A DNA stretch of 64,000 nt from Auanema rhodensis. Its lineage: Eukaryota; Animalia; Nematoda. Position 1 is the first letter of the stretch. Every line of letters starts with the position of its first letter. The notes beneath the pieces are model-generated. The model worked only from the letters and a program-made list of their open reading frames with translations, did no database searches and was not told the origin of the DNA. Positions 22,801 to 38,256 of the stretch are shown here, piece after piece. Where the stretch lies: positions 17,546,001 to 17,610,000 of the forward strand of contig OZ059899.1 of assembly GCA_964057225.1 (NCBI GenBank), written 5' to 3'. The position numbers were made by a program, and so were the translations under genes.

Positions 22801-25800
22801 AATGTAATATAGTGCATTCGATGCGGATTTTTAAGCTGCGTCGATCTGTGTTATCAGATTTGCGCTAGCTTAAAAATGCACCGAGATATCAACTGATATA
22901 AGTTCACACTTATAATCTCGATTTTCACCCTGAAGAATTAATTTTTTTGTTGAATAACATTGTCCATCGTCTTCACCTTGAAAAAAGGAATCTAAAAACA
23001 TCTACTTTTTGTAAAATTATTTTGAAATTTTTAGGGAAAATTTTTGTCAAAATGTTTTTGGAAGCAATGTTGAGTGTACATGGAAACTCAACATACACTA
23101 ATACATCATTTTCTAAACGATCATAACTAATTTTTGTATTAAGCGTTTCTCAATGTAGTATAGTGCATTCAAATCGGATTTTTAAGCTGCGTCGATCTGT
23201 GTTATCAGATTTGCGCTAGCTTAAAAATGCACCGAGATATCAACTGATATAAGTTCACACTTATATCCTCGATTTTCACCCTGAAAAATTGATTTTTTCG
23301 TTGAATAACATTGTCCATCGTCTTTGCCTTGAAAAAAGGAATCTAAAAACATCTACTTTTTGTGAAATTATTTTGAAATTTTCAGAGAAAATTTTTGTCA
23401 AAATGTTTTTGGAAGCAATGTTGAGTGTACATGGAAACTCAACATACACTAATGCATCATTTTTCAAACGATCATAACTAATTTTTGTATTGAGGGTTTC
23501 TTAATGTAGTATAGTGCATTCGATGCGGATTTTTAAGCTGCGTCGATCTATGTTATCAGATTTGCGCTATCTTTAAAATGCACCGAGATATCAACTGTTA
23601 TAACTTCACACTTATATCCTCGATTTTCACCCTGAAGAATTAATTTTTTTGTTGAATAACATTGTCCATCGTCTTCACCTTGAAAAAAGAAATCTAAAAA
23701 CATCTACTTTTTGTGAAATTATTTTGAAATTTTTCGGGAAAATTTTTGTCAAAATGTTTTTGGAAGCAATGTTGAGTGTACATGGAAACTCAACATACAC
23801 TAATGCATCATTTTTCAAACGATCATAACTAATTTTTGTATTGAGCGTTTCTCAATGTAGTATAGTGCATTCGAATCGGATTTTTAAGCTGCGTGGATCT
23901 GTGTTATCAGATTTGCGCTAGCTTAAAAATGCACCGAGATATCAACTGATATAAGTTCACACTTATATCCTCGATTTTCACCCTGAAAAATTGATTTTTT
24001 CGTTGAATAACATTGTCCATCGTCTTTGCCTTGAAAAAAGGAATCTAAAAACATCTACTTTTTGTGAAATTATTTTGAAATTTTCAGAGAAAATTTTTGT
24101 CAAAATGTTTTTGGAAGCAATGTTGAGTGTACATGGAAACTCAACATACACTAATGCATCATTTTTCAAACGATCATAACTAATTTTTGTATTGAGGGTT
24201 TCTCAATGTAGTATAGTGCATTCGATGCGGATTTTTAAGCTGCGTCGATCTATGTTATCAGATTTGCGCTATCTTTAAAATGCACCGAGATATCAACTGT
24301 TATAAGTTCACACTTATATCCTCGATTTTCACCCTGAAGAATTAATTTTTTTGTTTAATAACATTGTCCATCGTCTTTGCCTTGAAAAAAGGAATCTAAA
24401 AACATCTACTTTTTGTGAAATTATTTTGAAATTTTTCGGGAAAATTTTTGTCAAAATGTTTTTGGAAGCAATGTTGAGTGTACATGGAAACTCAACATAC
24501 ACTAATGCATCATTTTTCAAACGATCATAACTAATTTTTGTATTGAGGGTTTCTCAATGTAGTATAGTGCATTCGATGCGGATTTTTAAGCTGCGTGGAT
24601 CTGTGTTATCAGATTTGCGCTAGCTTAAAAATGCACCGAGATATCAACTGATATAAGTTCACACTTATATCCTCGATTTTCACCCTGAAGAATTAATTTT
24701 TTTGTTGAATAACATTGTCCATCGTCTTTGCCTTGAAAAAAGGAATCTAAAAACATCTACTTTTTGTGAAATTATTTTGAAATTTTTCGGGAAAATTTTT
24801 GTCAAAATGTTTTTGGAAGCAATGTTGAGTGTACATGGAAACTCAACATACACTAATGCATCATTTTTCAAACGATCATAACTAATTTTTGTATTGAGGG
24901 TTTCTCAATGTAGTATAGTGCATTCGATGCGGATTTTTAAGCTGCGTCGATCTATGTTATCAGATTTGCGCTATCTTTAAAATGCACCGAGATATCAACT
25001 GTTATAAGTTCACACTTATATCCTCGATTTTCACCCTGAAGAATTAATTTTTTTGTTTAATAACATTGTCCATCGTCTTTGCCTTGAAAAAAGAAATCTA
25101 AAAACATCTACTTTTTGTGAAATTATTTTGAAATTTTTAGGGAAAATTTTTGTCAAAATGTTTTTGGAAGCAATGTTGAGTGTACATGGAAACTCAACAT
25201 ACACTAATACATCATTTTCTAAACGATCATAACTAATTTTTGTATTGAGGGTTTCTCAATGTAATATAGTGCATTCGATGCGGATTTTTAAGCTGCGTCG
25301 ATCTGTGTTATCAGATTTGCGCTAGCTTAAAAATGCACCGATATATCAACTGATATAAGTTCACACTTATATCCTCGATTTTCACCCTGAAGAATTAATT
25401 TTTTTGTTGAATAACATTGTCCATCGTCTTCGCCTTGAAAAAAGGAATCTAAAAACATCTACTTTTTGTGAAATTATTTTGAAATTTTTAGGGAAAATTT
25501 TTGTCAAAATGTTTTTGGAAGCAATGTTGAGTGTACATGGAAACTCACCATACACTAATGCATCATTTTTCAAACGATCATAACTAATTTTCGTATTAAG
25601 CGTTTCTCAATGTAGTATATTGCATTCGATGCGGATTTTTAAGCTGCGTCGATCTGTGTTATCAGATTTGCGCTAGCTTAAAAAAGCACCGAGATATCAA
25701 CTGATATAAGTTCACACTTATATCCTCGATTTTCACCCTGAAAAATTGATTTTTTCGTTGAATAACATTGTCCATCGTCTTTGCCTTGAAAAAAGGAATC

Positions 25801-28431
25801 TAAAAACATCTAATTTTTGTGAAATTATTTTGAAATTTTCAGGGAAAATTTTTGTCAAAATGTTTTTGGAAGCAATGTTGAGTGTACATGGAAACTCAAC
25901 ATACACTAATGCATCATTTTTCAAACGATCATAACTAATTTTTGTATTAAGCGTTTTTCAATGTAGTATAGTGCATTCGATGCGGATTTTTAAGCTGCGT
26001 CGATCTGTGTTATCAGATTTGCGCTAGCTTAAAAATGCCCAGAAAACAACTGATATAAGTTTACACTTATATCCTCGATTTTCACCCTGGAGAATTAATT
26101 TTTTCGTTGAATAACATTGTCCATCGTCTTCGCCTTGAAAAAAGGAATCTAAAAACATCTACTTTTTGTGAAATTATTTTGAAATTTTTAGGGAAAATTT
26201 TTGTCAAAATGTTTTTGGAAGCAATGTTGAGTGTACATGGAAACTCAACATACACTAATACATCATTTTTTAAACGATCATAACTAATTTTTGTATTGAG
26301 GGTTTCTCAATGTAGTATAGTGCATTCGATGCGGATTTTTAAGCTGCGTCGATCTGTGTTATCAGATTTGCGCTAGCTTAAAAAAGCACCGAGATATCAA
26401 CTGATATAAGTTCACACTTATATCCTCGATTTTCACCCTGAAAAATTGATTTTTTCGTTGAATAACATTGTCCATCGTCTTTGCCTTGAAAAAAGGAATC
26501 TAAAAACATCTACTTTTTGTGAAATTATTTCGAAATTTTTAGGGAAAATTTTTGTCAAAATGTTTTTGAAAGCAATGTTGAGTGTACATGGAAACTCAAC
26601 ATACACTAATACATCATTTTTTAAACGATCATAACTAATTTTTGTATTGAGGGTTTCTCAATGTAGTATAGTGCATTCGATGCGGATTTTTAAGCTGCGT
26701 CGATCTGTGTTATCAGATTTGCGCTAGCTTAAAAAAGCACCGAGATATCAACTGATATAAGTTCACACTTATATCCTCGATTTTCACCCTGAAGAATTAA
26801 TTTTTTTGTTGAATAACGATGTCCATCGTCTTCGCCTTGAAAAAAGGAATTTAAAAACATCTACTTTTTGTGAAATTATTTCGAAATTTTTAGGGAAAAT
26901 TTTTGTCAAAATGTTTTTGGAAGCAATGTTGAGTGTACATGGAAACTCAACATACACTAATACATCATTTTTTAAACGATCATAACTAATTTTTGTATTG
27001 AGGGTTTCTCAATGTAGTATAGTGCATTCGATGCGGATTTTTAAGCTGCGTCGATCTGTGTTATCAGATTTGCGCTAGCTTAAAAAAGCACCGAGATATC
27101 AACTGATATAAGTTCACACTTATATCCTCGATTTTCACCCTGAAAAATTGATTTTTTCGTTGAATAACATTGTCCATCGTCTTTGCCTTGAAAAAAGGAA
27201 TCTAAAAACATCTACTTTTTGTGAAATTATTTCGAAATTTTTAGGGAAAATTTTTGTCAAAATGTTTTTGAAAGCAATGTTGAGTGTACATGGAAACTCA
27301 ACATACACTAATACATCATTTTTTAAACGATCATAACTAATTTTTGTATTGAGGGTTTCTCAATGTAGTATAGTGCATTCGATGCGGATTTTTAAGCTGC
27401 GTCGATCTGTGTTATCAGATTTGCGCTAGCTTAAAAAAGCACCGAGATATCAACTGATATAAGTTCACACTTATATCCTCGATTTTCACCCTGAAGAATT
27501 AATTTTTTTGTTGAATAACGATGTCCATCGTCTTCGCCTTGAAAAAAGGAATTTAAAAACATCTACTTTTTGTGAAATTATTTCGAAATTTTTAGGGAAA
27601 ATTTTTGTCAAAATGTTTTTGGAAGCAATGTTGAGTGTACATGGAAACTCAACATACACTAATACATCATTTTTTAAACGATCATAACTAATTTTTGTAT
27701 TGAGGGTTTCTCAATGTAGTATAGTGCATTCGATGCGGATTTTTAAGCTGCGTCGATCTGTGTTATCAGATTTGCGCTAGCTTAAAAAAGCACCGAGATA
27801 TCAACTGATATAAGTTCACACTTATATCCTCGATTTTCACCCTGAAGAATTAATTTTTTTGTTGAATAACATTGTCCATCGTCTTCGCCTTGAAAAAAGG
27901 AATCTAAAAACATCTACTTTTCGTGAAATTATTTCGAAATTTTTAGGTAAAATTTTTGTCAAAATGTTTTTGAAAGCAATGTTGAGTGTACATGGAAACT
28001 CAACATACACTAATGCATCATTTTTCAAACGATCATGACTAATTTTTGTATTGAGGGTTTCTCAATGTAGTATAGTGCATTCGATGCGGATTTTTAAGCT
28101 GCGTCGATCTGTGTTATCAGATTTGCGCTAGCTTAAAAATGCACCGAGATATCAACTGATATAAGTTCACACTTATATCCTCGATTTTCACCCTGAAGAA
28201 TTAATTTTTTTGTTGAATAACATTGTCCATCGTCTTCGCCTTGAAAAAAGGAATCTAAAAACATCTACTTTTTGTGAAATTATTTTGAAATTTTTAGGGA
28301 AAATTTTTGTCAAAATGTTTTTGGAAGCAATGTTGAGTGTACATGGAAACTCACCATACACTAATGCATCATTTTTCAAACGATCATAACTAATTTTCGT
28401 ATTAAGCGTTTCTCAATGTAGTATATTGCAT

Positions 28432-31400
28432 TCGATGCGGATTTTTAAGCTGCGTCGATCTGTGTTATCAGATTTGCGCTAGCTTAAAAAAGCACCGAGA
28501 TATCAACTGATATAAGTTCACACTTATATCCTCGATTTTCACCCTGAAAAATTGATTTTTTCGTTGAATAACATTGTCCATCGTCTTTGCCTTGAAAAAA
28601 GGAATCTAAAAACATCTACTTTTCGTGAAATTATTTTGAAATTTTCAGAGAAAATTTTTGTCAAAATGTTTTTGAAAGCAATGTTGAGTGTACATGGAAA
28701 CTCAACATACACTAATGCATCATTTTTCAAACGATCATGACTAATTTTTGTATTGAGGGTTTCTCAATGTAGTATAGTGCATTCGATGCGGATTTTTAAG
28801 CTGCGTCGATCTGTGTTATCAGATTTGCGCTAGCTTGAAAATGCACCGAGATATCAACTGATATAAGTTCACACTTATATCCTCGATTTTCACCCTGAAA
28901 AATTGATTTTTTCGTTGAATAACACTGTCCATCGTCTTTGCCTTGAAAAAAGGAATCTAAAAACATCTACTTTTTGTGAAATTATTTCGAAATTTTTAGG
29001 GAAAATTTTTGTCAAAATGTTTTTGGAAGCAATGTTGAGTGTACATGGAAACTCAACATACACTAATACATCATTTTTTAAACGATCATAACTAATTTTT
29101 GTATTGAGGGTTTCTCAATGTAGTATAGTGCATTCGATGCGGATTTTTAAGCTGCGTCGATCTGTGTTATCAGATTTGCGCTAGCTTAAAAAAGCACCGA
29201 GATATCAACTGATATAAGTTCACACTTATATCCTCGATTTTCACCCTGAAAAATTGATTTTTTCGTTGAATAACATTGTCCATCGTCTTTGCCTTGAAAA
29301 AAGGAATCTAAAAACATCTACTTTTTGTGAAATTATTTCGAAATTTTTAGGGAAAATTTTTGTCAAAATGTTTTTGGAAGCAATGTTGAGTGTACATGGA
29401 AACTCAACATACACTAATACATCATTTTTTAAACGATCATAACTAATTTTTGTATTGAGGGTTTCTCAATGTAGTATAGTGCATTCGATGCGGATTTTTA
29501 AGCTGCGTCGATCTGTGTTATCAGATTTGCGCTAGCTTAAAAAAGCACCGAGATATCAACTGATATAAGTTCACACTTATATCCTCGATTTTCACCCTGA
29601 AGAATTAATTTTTTTGTTGAATAACATTGTCCATCGTCTTCGCCTTGAAAAAAGGAATCTAAAAACATCTACTTTTCGTGAAATTATTTCGAAATTTTTA
29701 GGTAAAATTTTTGTCAAAATGTTTTTGAAAGCAATGTTGAGTGTACATGGAAACTCAACATACACTAATGCATCATTTTTCAAACGATCATGACTAATTT
29801 TTGTATTGAGGGTTTCTCAATGTAGTATAGTGCATTCGATGCGGATTTTTAAGCTGCGTCGATCTGTGTTATCAGATTTGCGCTAGCTTAAAAATGCACC
29901 GAGATATCAACTGATATAAGTTCACACTTATATCCTCGATTTTCACCCTGAAAAATTGATTTTTTCGTTGAATAACACTGTCCATCGTCTTTGCCTTGAA
30001 AAAAGAAATCTAAAAACATCTACTTTTTGTGAAATTATTTTGAAATTTTTCGGGAAAATTTTTGTCAAAATGTTTTTGGAAGCAATGTTGAGTGTACATG
30101 GAAACTCAACATACACTAATACATCATTTTCTAAACGATCATAACTAATTTTTGTATTGAGGGTTTCTCAATGTAATATAGTGCATTCGATGCGGATTTT
30201 TAAGCTGCGTCGATCTGTGTTATCAGATTTGCGCTAGCTTAAAAATGCACCGAGATATCAACTGATATAAGTTCACACTTATATCCTCGATTTTCACCCT
30301 GAAAAATTGATTTTTTCGTTGAATAACACTGTCCATCGTCTTTGCCTTGAAAAAAGGAATCTAAAAACATCTACTTTTTGTGAAATTATTTTGAAATATT
30401 CAGGGAAAATTTTTGTCAAAATGTTTTTGGAAGCAATGTTGAGTGTACATGGAAACTCAACATACACTAATGCATCATTTTTCAAACGATCATAACTAAT
30501 TTTTGTATTAAGCGTTTCTCAATGTAGTATAGTGCATTCGAATCGGATTTTTAAGCTGCGTCGATCTGTGTTATCAGATTTGCGCTAGCTTAAAAATGCA
30601 CCGAGATATCAACTGATATAAGTTTACACTTATATCCTCGATTTTCACCCTGGAGAATTAATTTTTTCGTTGAATAACATTGTCCATCGTCTTCGCCTTG
30701 AAAAAAGGAATCTAAAAACATCTACTTTTTGTGAAATTATTTTGAAATTTTTAGGGAAAATTTTTGTCAAAATGTTTTTGGAAGCAATGTTGAGTGTACA
30801 TGGAAACTCAACATACACTAATACATCATTTTTTAAACGATCATAACTAATTTTTGTATTGAGGGTTTCTCAATGTAGTATAGTGCATTCGATGCGGATT
30901 TTTAAGCTGCGTCGATCTGTGTTATCAGATTTGCGCTAGCTTAAAAAAGCACCGAGATATCAACTGATATAAGTTCACACTTATATCCTCGATTTTCACC
31001 CTGAAAAATTGATTTTTTCGTTGAATAACATTGTCCATCGTCTTTGCCTTGAAAAAAGGAATCTAAAAACATCTACTTTTTGTGAAATTATTTCGAAATT
31101 TTTAGGTAAAATTTTTGTCAAAATGTTTTTGGAAGCAATGTTGAGTGTACATGGAAACTCAACATACACTAATACATCATTTTTCAAACGATCATAACTA
31201 ATTTTTGTATTGAGCGTTTCTCAATGTAGTATAGTGCATTCGATGCGGATTTTTAAGCTGCGTCGATCTGTGTTATCAGATTTGCGCTAGCTTAAAAAAG
31301 CACCGAGATATCAACTGATATAAGTTCACACTTATATCCTCGATTTTCACCCTGAAGAATTAATTTTTTTGTTGAATAACATTGTCCATCGTCTTCGCCT

Positions 31401-34400
31401 TGAAAAAAGGAATCTAAAAACATCTACTTTTCGTGAAATTATTTCGAAATTTTTAGGTAAAATTTTTGTCAAAATGTTTTTGAAAGCAATGTTGAGTGTA
31501 CATGGAAACTCAACATACACTAATGCATCATTTTTCAAACGATCATGACTAATTTTTGTATTGAGGGTTTCTCAATGTAGTATATTGCATTCGATGCGGA
31601 TTTTTAAGCTGCGTCGATCTGTGTTATCAGATTTGCGCTAGCTTAAAAAAGCACCGAGATATCAACTGATATAAGTTCACACTTATATCCTCGATTTTCA
31701 CCCTGAAAAATTGATTTTTTCGTTGAATAACATTGTCCATCGTCTTTGCCTTGAAAAAAGGAATCTAAAAACATCTACTTTTCGTGAAATTATTTTGAAA
31801 TTTTCAGAGAAAATTTTTGTCAAAATGTTTTTGAAAGCAATGTTGAGTGTACATGGAAACTCAACATACACTAATGCATCATTTTTCAAACGATCATGAC
31901 TAATTTTTGTATTGAGGGTTTCTCAATGTAGTATAGTGCATTCGATGCGGATTTTTAAGCTGCGTCGATCTGTGTTATCAGATTTGCGCTAGCTTGAAAA
32001 TGCACCGAGATATCAACTGATATAAGTTCACACTTATATCCTCGATTTTCACCCTGAAAAATTGATTTTTTCGTTGAATAACACTGTCCATCGTCTTTGC
32101 CTTGAAAAAAGGAATCTGAAAACATCTACTTTTTGTGAAATTATTTTGAAATTTTTAGGGAAAATTTTTGTCAAAATGTTTTTGGAAGCAATGTTGAGTG
32201 TACATGGAAACTCAACATACACTAATACATCATTTTTTAAACGATCATAACTAATTTTTGTATTGAGGGTTTCTCAATGTAGTATAGTGCATTCGATGCG
32301 GATTTTTAAGCTGCGTCGATCTGTGTTATCAGATTTGCGCTAGCTTAAAAAAGCACCGAGATATCAACTGATATAAGTTCACACTTATATCCTCGATTTT
32401 CACCCTGAAAAATTGATTTTTTCGTTGAATAACATTGTCCATCGTCTTTGCCTTGAAAAAAGGAATCTAAAAACATCTACTTTTTGTGAAATTATTTCGA
32501 AATTTTTAGGGAAAATTTTTGTCAAAATGTTTTTGGAAGCAATGTTGAGTGTACATGGAAACTCAACATACACTAATACATCATTTTTTAAACGATCATA
32601 ACTAATTTTTGTATTGAGGGTTTCTCAATGTAGTATAGTGCATTCGATGCGGATTTTTAAGCTGCGTCGATCTGTGTTATCAGATTTGCGCTAGCTTAAA
32701 AAAGCACCGAGATATCAACTGATATAAGTTCACACTTATATCCTCGATTTTCACCCTGAAGAATTAATTTTTTTGTTGAATAACATTGTCCATCGTCTTC
32801 GCCTTGAAAAAAGGAATCTAAAAACATCTACTTTTCGTGAAATTATTTCGAAATTTTTAGGTAAAATTTTTGTCAAAATGTTTTTGAAAGCAATGTTGAG
32901 TGTACATGGAAACTCAACATACACTAATGCATCATTTTTCAAACGATCATGACTAATTTTTGTATTGAGGGTTTCTCAATGTAGTATAGTGCATTCGATG
33001 CGGATTTTTAAGCTGCGTCGATCTGTGTTATCAGATTTGCGCTAGCTTAAAAATGCACCGAGATATCAACTGATATAAGTTCACACTTATATCCTCGATT
33101 TTCACCCTGAAAAATTGATTTTTTCGTTGAATAACACTGTCCATCGTCTTTGCCTTGAAAAAAGGAATCTAAAAACATCTACTTTTTGTGAAATTATTTT
33201 GAAATTTTTCGGGAAAATTTTTGTCAAAATGTTTTTGGAAGCAATGTTGAGTGTACATGGAAACTCAACATACACTAATACATCATTTTCTAAACGATCA
33301 TAACTAATTTTTGTATTGAGGGTTTCTCAATGTAATATAGTGCATTCGATGCGGATTTTTAAGCTGCGTCGATCTGTGTTATCAGATTTGCGCTAGCTTA
33401 AAAATGCACCGAGATATCAACTGATATAAGTTCACACTTATATCCTCGATTTTCACCCTGAAAAATTGATTTTTTCGTTGAATAACACTGTCCATCGTCT
33501 TTGCCTTGAAAAAAGGAATCTAAAAACATCTACTTTTTGTGAAATTATTTTGAAATATTCAGGGAAAATTTTTGTCAAAATGTTTTTGGAAGCAATGTTG
33601 AGTGTACATGGAAACTCAACATACACTAATGCATCATTTTTCAAACGATCATAACTAATTTTTGTATTAAGCGTTTCTCAATGTAGTATAGTGCATTCGA
33701 ATCGGATTTTTAAGCTGCGTCGATCTGTGTTATCAGATTTGCGCTAGCTTAAAAATGCACCGAGATATCAACTGATATAAGTTTACACTTATATCCTCGA
33801 TTTTCACCCTGGAGAATTAATTTTTTCGTTGAATAACATTGTCCATCGTCTTCGCCTTGAAAAAAGGAATCTAAAAACATCTACTTTTTGTGAAATTATT
33901 TTGAAATTTTTAGGGAAAATTTTTGTCAAAATGTTTTTGGAAGCAATGTTGAGTGTACATGGAAACTCAACATACACTAATACATCATTTTTTAAACGAT
34001 CATAACTAATTTTTGTATTGAGGGTTTCTCAATGTAGTATAGTGCATTCGATGCGGATTTTTAAGCTGCGTCGATCTGTGTTATCAGATTTGCGCTAGCT
34101 TAAAAAAGCACCGAGATATCAACTGATATAAGTTCACACTTATATCCTCGATTTTCACCCTGAAAAATTGATTTTTTCGTTGAATAACATTGTCCATCGT
34201 CTTTGCCTTGAAAAAAGGAATCTAAAAACATCTACTTTTTGTGAAATTATTTCGAAATTTTTAGGGAAAATTTTTGTCAAAATGTTTTTGGAAGCAATGT
34301 TGAGTGTACATGGAAACTCAACATACACTAATACATCATTTTTCAAACGATCATAACTAATTTTTGTATTGAGCGTTTCTCAATGTAGTATAGTGCATTC

Positions 34401-34749
34401 GATGCGGATTTTTAAGCTGCGTCGATCTGTGTTATCAGATTTGCGCTAGCTTAAAAAAGCACCGAGATATCAACTGATATAAGTTCACACTTATATCCTC
34501 GATTTTCACCCTGAAGAATTAATTTTTTTGTTGAATAACATTGTCCATCGTCTTCGCCTTGAAAAAAGGAATCTAAAAACATCTACTTTTCGTGAAATTA
34601 TTTCGAAATTTTTAGGTAAAATTTTTGTCAAAATGTTTTTGAAAGCAATGTTGAGTGTACATGGAAACTCAACATACACTAATGCATCATTTTTCAAACG
34701 ATCATGACTAATTTTTGTATTGAGGGTTTCTCAATGTAGTATAGTGCAT
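28432..34749. repeat. 9-monomer higher-order repeat (3159 bp), 2 tandem copies
   Basis: ORF variants pair at exactly 3159 bp: 28539/31698, 28903/32062, 29254/32413, 29592/32751, 29956/33115, 30294/33453, 30996/34155, 31347/34506. Confidence 0.93.
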
Positions 34750-37700
34750 TCGATGCGGATTTTTAAGCTGCGTCGATCTGTGTTATCAGATTTGCGCTAG
34801 CTTAAAAATGCACCGAGATATCAACTGATATAAGTTCACACTTATATCCTCGATTTTCACCCTGAAAAATTGATTTTTTCGTTGAATAACACTGTCCATC
34901 GTCTTTGCCTTGAAAAAAGGAATCTAAAAACATCTACTTTTTGTGAAATTATTTTGAAATATTCAGGGAAAATTTTTGTCAAAATGTTTTTGGAAGCAAT
35001 GTTGAGTGTACATGGAAACTCAACATACACTAATGCATCATTTTTCAAACGATCATAACTAATTTTTGTATTAAGCGTTTCTCAATGTAGTATAGTGCAT
35101 TCGATGCGGATTTTTAAGCTGCGTCGATCTGTGTTATCAGATTTGCGCTAGCTTAAAAATGCACCGAGATATCAACTGATATAAGTTCACACTTATATCC
35201 TCGATTTTCACCCTGAAAAATTGATTTTTTCGTTGAATAACATTGTCCATCGTCTTTGCCTTGAAAAACGGAATCTAAAAACATCTACTTTTTGTGAAAT
35301 TATTTTGAAATTTTCAGAGAAAATTTTTGTCAAAATGTTTTTGGAAGCAATGTTGAGTGTACATGGAAACTCAACATACACTAATACATCATTTTTCAAA
35401 CGATCATAACTAATTTTTGTATTGAGCGTTTCTCAATGTAGTATAGTGCATTCGATGGGGATTTTTAAGCTGCGTCGATCTATGTTATCAGATTTGCGCT
35501 ATCTTTAAAATGCACCGAGATATCAACTGATATAAGTTCACACTTATAATCTCGATTTTCACCCTGAAGAATTAATTTTTTTGTTGAATAACATTGTCCA
35601 TCGTCTTTGCCTTGAAAAAAGAAATCTAAAAACATCTACTTTTTGTGAAATTATTTTGAAATTTTTCGGGAAAATTTTTGTCAAAATGTTTTGGAAGCAA
35701 TGTTGAGTGTACATGGAAACTCAACATACACTAATACATCATTTTCTAAACGATCATAACTAATTTTTGTATTGAGGGTTTCTCAATGTAATATAGTGCA
35801 TTCGATGCGGATTTTTAAGCTGCGTCGATCTGTGTTATCAGATTTGCGCTAGCTTAAAAATGCACCGAGATATCAACTGATATAAGTTCACACTTATAAT
35901 CTCGATTTTCACCCTGAAGAATTAATTTTTTTGTTCAATAACATTGTCCATCGTCTTCACCTTGAAAAAAGGAATCTAAAAACATCTACTTTTTGTAAAA
36001 TTATTTTGAAATTTTTAGGGAAAATTTTTGTCAAAATGTTTTTGGAAGCAATGTTGAGTGTACATGGAAACTCAACATACACTAATGCATCATTTTTCAA
36101 ACGATCATAACTAATTTTTGTATTAAGCGTTTCTCAATGTAGTATAGTGCATTCGAATCGGATTTTTAAGCTGCGTCGATCTGTGTTATCAGATTTGCGC
36201 TAGCTTAAAAATGCACCGAGATATCAACTGATATAAGTTCACACTTATATCCTCGATTTTCACCCTGAAAAATTGATTTTTTCGTTGAATAACATTGTCC
36301 ATCGTCTTTGCCTTGAAAAAAGGAATCTAAAAACATCTACTTTTTGTGAAATTATTTTGAAATTTTCAGAGAAAATTTTTGTCAAAATGTTTTTGGAAGC
36401 AATGTTGAGTGTACATGGAAACTCAACATACACTAATGCATCATTTTTCAAACGATCATAACTAATTTTTGTATTAAGCGTTTCTCAATGTAGTATAGTG
36501 CATTCGATGCGGATTTTTAAGCTGCGTCGATCTGTGTTATCAGATTTGCGCTATCTTTAAAATGCACCGAGATATCAACTGATATAAGTTTAAACTTATA
36601 TCCTCGATTTTCACCCTGAAGAATTAATTTTTTTGTTGAATAACATTGTCCATCGTCTTCGCCTTAAAAAAGGAATCTAAAAACATCTACTTTTTGTGAA
36701 ATTATTTTGAAATTTTCAGAGAAAATTTTTGTCAAAATGTTTTTGGAAGCAATGTTGAGTGTACATGGAAACTCAACATACACTAATGCATCATTTTTCA
36801 AACGATCATAACTAATTTTTGTATTGAGCGTTTCTCAATGTAGTATAGTGCATTCGAATCGGATTTTTAAGCTGCGTGGATCTGTGTTATCAGATTTGCG
36901 CTAGCTTAAAAATGCACCGAGATATCAACTGATATAAGTTCACACTTATATCCTCGATTTTCACCCTGAAAAATTGATTTTTTCGTTGAATAACATTGTC
37001 CATCGTCTTTGCCTTGAAAAAAGGAATCTAAAAACATCTACTTTTTGTGAAATTATTTTGAAATTTTCAGAGAAAATTTTTGTCAAAATATTTTTGGAAG
37101 CAATGTTGAGTGTACATGGAAACTCAACATACACTAATGCATCATTTTTCAAACGATCATAACTAATTTTTGTATTGAGCGTTTCTCAATGTAGTATAGT
37201 GCATTCGAATCGGATTTTTAAGCTGCGTGGATCTGTGTTATCAGATTTGCGCTAGCTTAAAAATGCACCGAGATATCAACTGATATAAGTTCACACTTAT
37301 ATCCTCGATTTTCACCCTGAAAAATTGATTTTTTCGTTGAATAACATTGTCCATCGTCTTTGCCTTGAAAAAAGAAATCTAAAAACATCTACTTTTTGTG
37401 AAATTATTTTGAAATTTTTCGGGAAAATTTTTGTCAAAATGTTTTGGAAGCAATGTTGAGTGTACATGGAAACTCAACATACACTAATACATCATTTTCT
37501 AAACGATCATAACTAATTTTTGTATTGAGGGTTTCTCAATATAATATAGTGCATTCGATGCGGATTTTTAAGCTGCGTCGATCTGTGTTATCAGATTTGC
37601 GCTAGCTTAAAAATGCACCGAGATATCAACAGATATAAGTTCACACTTATAATCTCGATTTTCACCCTGAAGAATTAATTTTTTTGTTCAATAACATTGT

Positions 37701-38256
37701 CCATCGTCTTCACCTTGAAAAAAGGAATCTAAAAACATCTACTTTTTGTAAAATTATTTTGAAATTTTTAGGGAAAATTTTTGTCAAAATGTTTTTGGAA
37801 GCAATGTTGAGTGTACATGGAAACTCAACATACACTAATGCATCATTTTTCAAACGATCATAACTAATTTTTGTATTAAGCGTTTCTCAATGTAGTATAG
37901 TGCATTCGAATCGGATTTTTAAGCTGCGTCGATCTGTGTTATCAGATTTGCGCTAGCTTAAAAATGCACCGAGATATCAACTGATATAAGTTCACACTTA
38001 TATCCTCGATTTTCACCCTGAAAAATTGATTTTTTCGTTGAATAACATTGTCCATCGTCTTTGCCTTGAAAAAAGGAATCTAAAAACATCTACTTTTTGT
38101 GAAATTATTTTGAAATTTTCAGAGAAAATTTTTGTCAAAATGTTTTTGGAAGCAATGTTGAGTGTACATGGAAACTCAACATACACTAATGCATCATTTT
38201 TCAAACGATCATAACTAATTTTTGTATCAAGCATTTCTCAATGTAGTATAGTGCAT

